Below are positions 24,421 to 33,334 of a stretch of DNA of 64,000 nt, one piece after another; position 1 is the stretch's first letter; each line of letters opens with the position of its first letter. Both the position numbers and the translations under genes were made by a program. The notes below the pieces were generated by a model that worked only from the letters and a program-made list of their open reading frames with translations, did not search any database and had not been told where the DNA came from. Source of the DNA: Amoebophrya sp. A120 (Eukaryota; Protista; Dinoflagellata); assembly GCA_905178155.1 (NCBI GenBank), contig CAJINV010000017.1, forward strand, positions 62,001-126,000, in the 5' to 3' direction.

Positions 24421-25625
24421 CGGGGGGAGTACAGGTCGGGCTTGCTTTTTCATTGTGGACGATGAACTTGAATGATAAAAAATGTGGATTGCAGCACTTC
24501 AGTACCTACCTTTGAATTTTTGTAAAAAAAGCCAAGACTTATTTTACACGTTTCAGACGGGCAGCGGAGGACACAACTCCGGTTTACGATGAACCTTGCC
24601 CTTTTAGATCTAATCATAGCATCAAAAGCAGCGCTGCGTCCGTTTTCCTGTATGATCCAAAACACCTCCCTTCTGTAGTTACTTTTTCAACGTCAGCGCC
24701 TCGCGCTGCCGCTGCGGTTTTGACGCCCTGTACTTCTAGAAGATCTTGTTGAACCTACAATGCTACTTCCCAGGAACTGAAACTGAATCGCATCTATTGC
24801 AGCGGCAGCGACAGGAGTACTAAGCAACACTGATCCACTTCCTTGCCGCCAAAGTATGGTTGAAACCGTGTTTAAGTGTTAGCGACGTATTGATGATTCT
24901 ACTGATGCTTTCGAAGAACCTCTGCAGCCGGACCAAAAATCTGCTTTGCGGAAACGAGTTTGTGACCGAGGCATCTTGGCACCAGAGGCTTCGTGTAAAT
25001 AAAAAATGAAGATGAAGAACTATTAATTTCCTGAGAAGTGGTCTCACCTTTCACAGCGACGCTCCAATCGCTTCCGAAAAGGACCCTCCGCAGCGTATTG
25101 CGCCACCGCCTCGATTTTTTCCCGGAGTCAGCGCCAATCACTGTAATTTTGGCAACTGATAGCATTGCAGTGTTTGCCTGCGACTAGCCCCCCCCCCCTC
25201 GAAGAGATTATTGGTTTGTGCTTGCTCTTTCCAGTATGCCGTTTGTGCGTTTGATATGATAACACTGTAAAACTAGAAAATACCAGGCGATTTCGATTTC
25301 CATCATGTATCATGCCATGAGAAAGATCTTCATCTTCTGACTTTTTGGCGGCCGCTGCTTGTTTTTGATTTTTCCGCGATCGAGGTTGATTTTGCTTGAT
25401 CTCTCTTGCCGTTCGGACACTGACATGACCATGACTATTTTCTTTTTTGTTTCTCTCACGACTTGAACTCGTTGCTTCGAAAAATCTGCGAGAAAGGAAT
25501 ACGCCTACAAGAACAACAGCCAACAACAGCAACGCGGGGACTGTTGCAATAGTAGCTGCATTATAAGACCACATCCACGACACCAAACATGTTGTGGATG
25601 CACAAAAATTGTTGAGTTGGCGTGA

Positions 25626-28600
25626 ATGGGGGCCATGGCAGCTTCGCGGTTGATTTCGTGCGAAAACTTTTTCAAACTGCCGATTTCATCCCGAAAGAAG
25701 ATGCACGTGACCATGGCAGCCACGGCGCCCGCACGATCGGCATCGACTGTAGGAGGACGAGGAGGGGCTCAAGCTCGCTCAAAGTCACCTGTTCTTCTGA
25801 CATTTTCGTGGTCGATCTGCCTCTTCTATCTGGGCATCTTTCTCTCCTCCACCATCGAGCCCAGTTTCGCCGCGTTGTTCTATTTCGGGAATAAGGGCAC
25901 CACCCCTTCACCTTCCGCGCGACCTTTTGACGTAGCGTCTGCAGCAGCGGGCTTCGCGAGTGGTAAGCGCGAAATAAACGGTCATATGCAACACGACCAG
26001 CATCGGTACAATCCCTTGAGCGATCAGGAGGTCGGGCCGCCGTTAATTAGCGAAGCTGCTGGATGTGGAGCCTCATCGTCGATACCAGTGGACCAAAGTG
26101 CTGGCATAGTTGCAGCACGGACGACCACGACGTCTAAAGAAGACATCAGCGGCAGTGCGGCTAACGGTCATCAGCTTTCAGCACCGGTGCCGGAGGTCAC
26201 GACAGACTTCTCGCGCAACTCATCCCAGCCCGGGCCGGACCCGTCGTCGACAAACAGCCACTCCAGACAGACCTCCAGAGACTCGCAGAAATCCGGCGGC
26301 AATAACTCCGTCGGGTCGAGCGGCGGGGGCGGGAACAGGTCGGACGATGAAGAGGAACAAGACGGAGAAAATGCGATAAAAACAGCAGTTTGCGGACTGT
26401 TCACAGGATGCTGTCTCACTAATCTAACGTCACCCACTTCGCAGGACAACTACTACGGTCAGGGTCATGCTCATGGTCCTCGCAGTAGAAGCCTTCCCGA
26501 CTGTATGGACTCCGGTTGCTACTTGCAGCTGTGCGGAGAAGAGGACATCGAGCAGGACGGCGCCGAGGAATCCGATAACAGCAGGAGATCCTCCTCCGCC
26601 GCAGCCAATAAGCGCGAGGAAATCCAGACGAAGAAGTGGCCGCCGCTGTTTGGAGGGGCAGCCACCGCGGCGCGGCAGCGGGCACAGATGCCGACGGCCG
26701 CGCGACCACTGAGTCAGGCCGACGAAGACGACATTCACGGGGTTGCGAGTAATGGCGGCGCGAGGAACAACTCCAGCACGCCGACCAGACGCGGCAGCGG
26801 CTTTGGTTTCGGCGGAGGTTCCCTCCCGACCCTGGCACAGTACAAAAGCTCGTGGCAGACCCAGTACGGGAGTAGATTGCGGTCCTGCAGCAGTGCCTTC
26901 GGCGGTGGTGTCGTGCAGCACAAGCGGTTCGTGTTGAACCCTTTGCAACAGATATTGAATGAGCAAGAGGAAGCGAGGAAGGCCAAGTTGCTGGAAGAAC
27001 AGCAAAACGCTGGTGCGCAGACAGTAGTCGGAAGTACAGCTGCTGCGTTAGGACCACCTGTACTTGGGGGGCAGCTGCAGCAAGTGCAGCAACCCTTGCA
27101 AGGAAATGTGGACAGAATTCAGCATGGCGCAGCGGCAGGAGCTCCTCCGGGTGGAGCGCAGGGACACCAGCTCATCTCTGCAGTAGATCAACAGAAAATA
27201 GCTCAGGATAACTTGATCAACCTGTACTGGCAAAGGGTCGAAACCGGAGCGGGTGGCGACTGTTTTTTCTCCTCAGTATTGCGGATCTTTCTGATCGCGT
27301 GGAAACAGCAGCAAAAGGAGCGGATACGACAGGAAGAGATTCAGGCGTTGTATGGAAGCAGCTCGTCAAGTGCTGCCAGGAGTGTATCTTCGCCAGAGTT
27401 CTTTTCAAAAAATGTAACTCCAACTACAACTACTGTCGGCCATACTGCAGGTGCAGCAGCCTCCTCTTCCTTAGTGCCACCAAGTGCAGGTGAACTGCAA
27501 AAGGCTACAGGGGCAGCGGTATTTTTACCTGCCGGAGCAGTGCCACAGCCACACTACCAGACTCTTCATTTCGGAATCACCCCTCGTGGAAATCCAAATC
27601 CAGCCTCCTCCACCACCCCTTCGTCCTCCACGCTCCTTCCCCACCAGCAGCAGCAGCCTCCACAACTTTCCGCATCCGAGGTCGAAGAGACACCGCGGGA
27701 CAAGGCGGCCCGACTGCGCACGGAGTACGAGAACGACCTTGAGCAGCTTGCGTACAAGGCGTTTCGGTTGCAGCACTTTGACGTGACCAAAATGCTGAAA
27801 AAAGTCCGCACACTCATCGCGGTCCAAAAGCTGCAAGCGGACTGGCTACAGCAGCAGCGAATCAACGCAATCCGCCGGGAGCGGGAGGAGGGAAAAGCCA
27901 GAGGAGAGTACAATGCAAAGCTGGACTACTCCTCGGGAAGCGTAGTGACCAACAACACCAGATTTCATTTCTACGATAATCAGGGCTCGACGTTGGAAAT
28001 CGTGCAGAAGGCGTTCTGTGGTACAACGAGCAACAGGTCAGGCAGCACGGTCGGCTCCTCGAGCGGAAAGAGGATGAACTACCTCCTCGGCGACGCCTTC
28101 TGCGCCAGAGCCGCCGCCCTGTGGAGCCCCGTGGCGAAAGTGCTGACGAAAGGAACCACAGGGCGAAGTAGTGGGGAGGACCAAGAGAGCGGGCTGGAAA
28201 AGAGTTTTTTGGAATTGGAAAATAACGAACCGGGGCGGGGGTCTTGTGGTGATGAAGAGCAGCAAGCGAAGGAGGGAGCGACATCCTCTAGCGCAACTCC
28301 TGCTGGCGCCCCCACCTGTAAAACTCCCAGCGAACAAGCTACATTTGTGGAAAAGAAGTCTTCTGCAGCAGCTTCCAGCGCCGAGGCTGGATTTCTGATC
28401 CGCGAACAGACACCGAGTACGAAATGCACCGACAATATGCAGGATGACTGTTCGGTGGATGAAGGTGCGGAGCAGAAGAGCAAATTTTATCGGGAACTGC
28501 ACCCGTTGCAGCTGCCTCCGGACGAGCGTCGAGCTCGTGAAGACCAACAGCAACAACGGGAAATCATGGCCGAAAGGGACGCGCAAATCGGGTTCTACTG

Positions 28601-29771
28601 TGGAACTCAGGGCCTACGGGATGCACAGCGTGTGGCGGAGGAGCAAAAGATGACAGCGCAACAAGATGATAAATCCACCTCGTCTCCGATATTAAACAAC
28701 TGCTCTCCCAGCAATTTTCCAGAATACGAGCAACTGCCCCCGATTGACCCAAACAACCTGCCAGAAATCCCCGATGTCGATACCCATTCGATGGTCACAA
28801 TTTCGGAACTTCGCGAGGCGCTGCTGCAGCAGTCACGGTCGACCACCCGCCCGCGCTTGGAGGAGCAAGAGGATGAGCTACTCCGGAAGAAAGAGGTGCT
28901 GAAGCAGAAGAAACGAGCAGCCACCCCGACGAACCGGTTTTCCTTGGTACCGACGAAAATTTTGAAAGAAGAAGAGAAGTTCCACAAAGAGGTCAAGGAT
29001 TTCGAGTACAACCAGAACGAATACCGGTCGACCATGCGGCGGCTGAAGCGCAAAGAGGACGACGGCTACGCGTGGGACCCGGAGGTGCGCCTGGCCGCCG
29101 AGCTGTTCAACGTGGCCATTTTGGTGTACGGCCCCCATTTTGGCCACTGCGCCCCCTCCACCTGGAACGTAGTTGGGGGCAAAAGATTCGACACCAATTT
29201 GAACACGATTCTGACGGACGAAACGCAAGTGATCTTCCCGCTGTTCTGGAACGGCGTCAACCACTACCAGGCAATTTTACCCACCGTCGCGAGGTTCGAT
29301 CTCGAGGGGATTCAGCGCGAAGTGGGGCGACTGGAGGAGCTCTATGCGGTGGACAGGGAGAGAAGCTGTGGCGAAAATGTTGTTGGTGCCGGCGTCGGAG
29401 GAAGCTCTAGTACTCCACTTGCGCCCGGAGTCGTAGCTGCGCCGGGATTCTTACCCGGTGCACTGCAGCCGCCGGAAGGGGGGCAACAGGAGGGGCAGCA
29501 GCTGCAGGTGGAAGGGACATCACAAGGCGGAGCACCACACCACCAGGGGCAGTATTCTACGATCACCGGTGCTGCTGCGCATGGAGGACCAGAGGACGCA
29601 GCGACTGGCGCACCAGTGGCAGATATTGTCGATCCGGTAGCACGTGCGCGGAGCCAGAGCGAGGCTAGCGGACGAGCAGGTGGATCGCAAGCAAACACGC
29701 CCCCTAGTCCGGCGTTTCTGCATAGATCAGGTACATTATTGTTGCGAGATAACGTTGAAAATGTTGATTGA
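25626..29771 (+). CDS. 1381-aa protein with a split OTU-like cysteine protease (deubiquitinase) domain and an N-terminal hydrophobic/signal segment
   Basis: Cys box VETGAGGDCFFSSVLRIF (Cys codon 27261). DGYAWDPEVRLAAELFNVAILVY and His box LFWNGVNHYQAIL (His codon 29262). Hydrophobic FSWSICLFYLGIFLSS near the N-terminus. Confidence 0.72.
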   Translation: MGAMAASRLISCENFFKLPISSRKKMHVTMAATAPARSASTVGGRGGAQARSKSPVLLTFSWSICLFYLGIFLSSTIEPSFAALFYFGNKGTTPSPSARPFDVASAAAGFASGKREINGHMQHDQHRYNPLSDQEVGPPLISEAAGCGASSSIPVDQSAGIVAARTTTTSKEDISGSAANGHQLSAPVPEVTTDFSRNSSQPGPDPSSTNSHSRQTSRDSQKSGGNNSVGSSGGGGNRSDDEEEQDGENAIKTAVCGLFTGCCLTNLTSPTSQDNYYGQGHAHGPRSRSLPDCMDSGCYLQLCGEEDIEQDGAEESDNSRRSSSAAANKREEIQTKKWPPLFGGAATAARQRAQMPTAARPLSQADEDDIHGVASNGGARNNSSTPTRRGSGFGFGGGSLPTLAQYKSSWQTQYGSRLRSCSSAFGGGVVQHKRFVLNPLQQILNEQEEARKAKLLEEQQNAGAQTVVGSTAAALGPPVLGGQLQQVQQPLQGNVDRIQHGAAAGAPPGGAQGHQLISAVDQQKIAQDNLINLYWQRVETGAGGDCFFSSVLRIFLIAWKQQQKERIRQEEIQALYGSSSSSAARSVSSPEFFSKNVTPTTTTVGHTAGAAASSSLVPPSAGELQKATGAAVFLPAGAVPQPHYQTLHFGITPRGNPNPASSTTPSSSTLLPHQQQQPPQLSASEVEETPRDKAARLRTEYENDLEQLAYKAFRLQHFDVTKMLKKVRTLIAVQKLQADWLQQQRINAIRREREEGKARGEYNAKLDYSSGSVVTNNTRFHFYDNQGSTLEIVQKAFCGTTSNRSGSTVGSSSGKRMNYLLGDAFCARAAALWSPVAKVLTKGTTGRSSGEDQESGLEKSFLELENNEPGRGSCGDEEQQAKEGATSSSATPAGAPTCKTPSEQATFVEKKSSAAASSAEAGFLIREQTPSTKCTDNMQDDCSVDEGAEQKSKFYRELHPLQLPPDERRAREDQQQQREIMAERDAQIGFYCGTQGLRDAQRVAEEQKMTAQQDDKSTSSPILNNCSPSNFPEYEQLPPIDPNNLPEIPDVDTHSMVTISELREALLQQSRSTTRPRLEEQEDELLRKKEVLKQKKRAATPTNRFSLVPTKILKEEEKFHKEVKDFEYNQNEYRSTMRRLKRKEDDGYAWDPEVRLAAELFNVAILVYGPHFGHCAPSTWNVVGGKRFDTNLNTILTDETQVIFPLFWNGVNHYQAILPTVARFDLEGIQREVGRLEELYAVDRERSCGENVVGAGVGGSSSTPLAPGVVAAPGFLPGALQPPEGGQQEGQQLQVEGTSQGGAPHHQGQYSTITGAAAHGGPEDAATGAPVADIVDPVARARSQSEASGRAGGSQANTPPSPAFLHRSGTLLLRDNVENVD

Positions 29772-30003
29772 AAATGCTAATTCCGACATAGAGCGACGAA
29801 GTTAAAGCAGCAAAAGAGAAATGGAAGTTTCATCGCTGACGTGACCAATTAACAACAGCATCCGCCGCCTCTCCAATTTCTTTTCCAACAAAAAAAGATT
29901 CCATCAGGTGACCTCCGTTGGCTCGGGGAGGTAAAGTACCAAGCGGTAAGCCCGATCGGTGACCGCGACCGCGACGATCGCGATCTGGACGTGAGGTACG
30001 GCA

Positions 30004-31968
30004 ATGGAGGCTCCCCTCAGAGCCGTACACCCACCCGCTGCGGGGCTGGTTTACGTAAGGGCTGCGGGTATAGTCAACGCGGAAGGACGAGCAGAAATAG
30101 TAGGTCCCATGGTCGCGGCCGTGGTCGTGATGGAGCAGTCTCCGACAGCGGTAGCGTATCCTCGCCAAAAGTGTCGCATTCGTACTGAGTTTTGCAGCGC
30201 ATGATCATGCAGAGAGAGTTTGACAGATCTGCAGATCGTTTTCTACAGCACCGAGCTAGTATTTCAGCATTCAATACAAATTTTTTGGAAAAGCTACTGC
30301 TGCAAATTCCACTTGGAACTGTGACACTTTATTTGCAATGCATAGAAAGAAGGCACGAACAATTCTCAATCCCGCAGCCAGGAGATGTACTGCGACGACT
30401 ATTTCTTTACCGCGGTCGACCACTGCGACCGTCTATCTAAGAAGTTTAGCAAAATGTGGCGCAGGTGTTTTCCGAAAAGTGGCGGGAGTTCGTGCTGTGA
30501 TGGAAGTAGAAATAACAGATCAACATCTTCGAGCAATCACCGAGGGGACAATCAAGACAGGAGCACAAGGCGCACAACAAAAACCGCTACCACCACAGGG
30601 AGCCGGTGTTGTAGCCGAGACGACAGAACAAGTGGCAGCTCCGAGGGAGGCGGAACATCATCTCCTGCGGCTTCTCCCTGCGACTCGCGTCCGCAGGAAG
30701 ACGAAGACCATGCTAGTGCGCATAAGTGTAGAGACTGTTATGCTGGAGCTGTAGCAGCAGCCACCGACACCCGCACCACTTCAGATGACGGCCAAGAGGG
30801 TGACGAAGGTGAGGAGAAGATCACATTCTATGGATCTGTCAGGATTGAAATCGTCAAAGTTGAAATGATTTGTCATGCATAAAATCGATACCAGTTGCTG
30901 TTGCAAGTCCAATTTGTAAGCGGCGCATGACAAATTTGAGTAGAGCCGAAATCCAGTTTGTAATGCTGCTTGGGTAAGGAGAACGTCTTTTCCTTTTGTG
31001 ATGCTACTTGAGCAGCTCTACTTCTACCCCGAAACAGGGTCACAATCTGCCTCCCTTGCCTCCTCTGCAAGACAGGCATTTTCTGCGTTGCATTTTATGC
31101 ATGACAAACTATTTCTGCGTTGGCATTTTCTGTTGGCAAAAAGTTGGGAATGTTGGCGAACAATAAACGCATCTGTTGGCGCAATGTAAGGATCGTTGGC
31201 GAACGTTAAACGCATGTTGGCGAAGTGAGGACTGTGTGCGAAAGTAAGGAAAAGGTGGCGTAAAGTTGGATGTGCCCGGGGATGATGGTGATGGCTTCGG
31301 TCCGCCTGACTCCGCGACCTGGTGGCCGAACCACGTGCGGTTCGGTGCCCTTACAGGTTGTGTAGTGGTTTCGGTCGGTTTAGCATGACAAACTATTTCA
31401 ACTTTGACGATTTCAATCCTGACAGTTCCATACATTCGCCCAGTTTTGTAAGCGGGAGAAAGGAACTGGAACTGGAACAGCACGACACAATAAATCCTCC
31501 GAGGAAACAAGAAATAACTACCAGTCACAAGAAGCGCGCAACGACCGTGAGCCCTGTTGCACCTCCGCCTGTTTCTGCTCCGCCCTGCAAGAGGAATTTG
31601 GGATGTTATGCTGCGGCGATGACACCACCGGTGTTCTCAGGGCCAACAAGGAAACAAGGACCCACAAATGGTTCTACGAGGAAGATCTCACCTATAGTCT
31701 CCAAGGGGTACGAAGAAGCGGACTAGATCTAGAAGACCGTCAGCACTTACCGTTCGACGACTACTACAGCTACTCACCGACGGAAAAGGGTGGTGGTTTG
31801 TACGGTGGCACTAGCAGTGGCGCGACAGCAAGGCCAAATCTGGGATATTCGTCCGGTGGCTTGTCCAGCAGCTCCTATCGAAGGACCACCCTCCCAAGCA
31901 GCGGTACGAGTCGAGCGAGGACGCGGTCCGGAAGAAGCCGGGCGGGGAGAGGGAAGCGACCCATGTGA
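30004..31968 (+). CDS. Hypothetical Cys-containing low-complexity protein. Exons 30004-30170 (tentative), 30378-30828, 31438-31968
   Basis: ORFs 30385..30882 and 31603..31968 join into one stop-free frame (EEKITF|AQFCKREK...MLCCGDD) once element 30829-31432 and one direct repeat are removed. A tentative GT-AG intron 30171-30377 is in phase. Confidence 0.65.
30829..31432. mobile_element. TIR introner/MITE, TATGGA family, 5-bp direct repeat CATTC
   Basis: tatggatctgtcaggattgaaatcgtcaaagttgaaat ... atttcaactttgacgatttcaatcctgacagttccata. CATTC at 30824-30828 and 31433-31437. Confidence 0.94.
31116..31382. mobile_element. 267-bp insert inside the introner TIR, flanked by a perfect 17-bp duplication (long copy)
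   Basis: gcatgacaaactatttc at 31099-31115 and 31383-31399. The 5' part carries gttggc(g) repeats; the 3' ~88 bp match 3689-3776. Confidence 0.78.
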
Positions 31969-33334
31969 TAGAACAGCCTGCGGGAGTCGTGTCTGTTACA
32001 TTGCGTGTCCTCGAGATGGAAGGGATTCTCAGTCGTCGGAGCTTTGCCGTGTGATATGATCGAGGACCACTAGCCGCGTTCACAGCCCGGGAATGATACC
32101 AACAAGCGAAAAATGAAGTACTGACACTTTTGATTTTGATTTAAAGGATCACGAAGTATTGCTCTCCTGAGAACAAAGTAGATTTGAATCGAAGGATACT
32201 GTTCTGAAAATAAATTTTGGTTCCATGCATTGAATCGCTACACATACACGACCACGAGAACGCCATTGTACCCCCTTGCTTCACAACGACAAACACAATA
32301 GCCCGAACGCCACATCACAGAGAAACATAATTAAGTACAAGCCTGCTCACTCTGCTTCTGTCTGAGCATGAAGGGCAGCATGAGAGACACCCGATTTGAA
32401 TACCACTTCAACATGGAGCTGCGAAACGAAAAAAATCAATTGTGATTCTGGCTACTTATTTTGGAAATTGTAAAGAATCTAATATGTAAAAGTTTCCGCG
32501 GTACGGACTTCGACTTTTGAATTAATATCGGTGCAAGTTTGTACTACTCTGTCTGAGATTAGTAAGAAGTGCCAAGTGTTCACCTGCTTCTGGGTCGCAG
32601 TGCTGGAGGGTCGGTTTCAAATTGATTAATGAATTCTATTGTCGTGTGCATGTTGTAGTCCAAGAATAAGTGTCAGTCATTGACATGGAGCGAACACACC
32701 CCAATGAGCCAATCAATAAAAGGTGGAGCTTTCTTCATCTTGAGCGACTTATCTGTTTCAAATCTTAAATTCTGTTTCTTGGCTAAGCATGCTGGAGCAT
32801 GTTTAAGGGCTGGCCCCAATGCTGGCGGAGTGAATCATTCCAAGACACGGCAAAACCAGACGAGGGGGGAGTAGTCGTGCTATGAAATTGTAGTTGACCA
32901 TGCCAGTGCTTCCTTCAGGATTCTAAACTCGGTCGTGCATTTCATACTCGGGACGACTTCCGTAGTTTGCTTGAACTGTAGTCCCCTCTACTTCTGAGGC
33001 AATACTAAACTAAAAAACTCGGTCGTCAAAGACCAGAACAAATTTGCTCTGGCCCAGGTCTCCAAAGTAAAGAAAACCCAGCGTCGGCAAAAGCCGTCGC
33101 CGTTGTAAGTATAATCAGGATTAGGATTGCAGTCAAAAGCAGTAGAATTTAAGGCGTAGTGTGCTGTATTAGCATACTGAAACCAAATTGCCTCTAACTA
33201 CAGCCTCAAGAAGTGCTGGTTGCAAATATCTAAATATACTCTCACGGACATCAAAAAACTTTTTAGCAAAGTCTCGTCTTTTCGAGAACCGTTGAAATCT
33301 TTCGAACACTTGCGAGTCGGCGTCTTAGAGCAGA

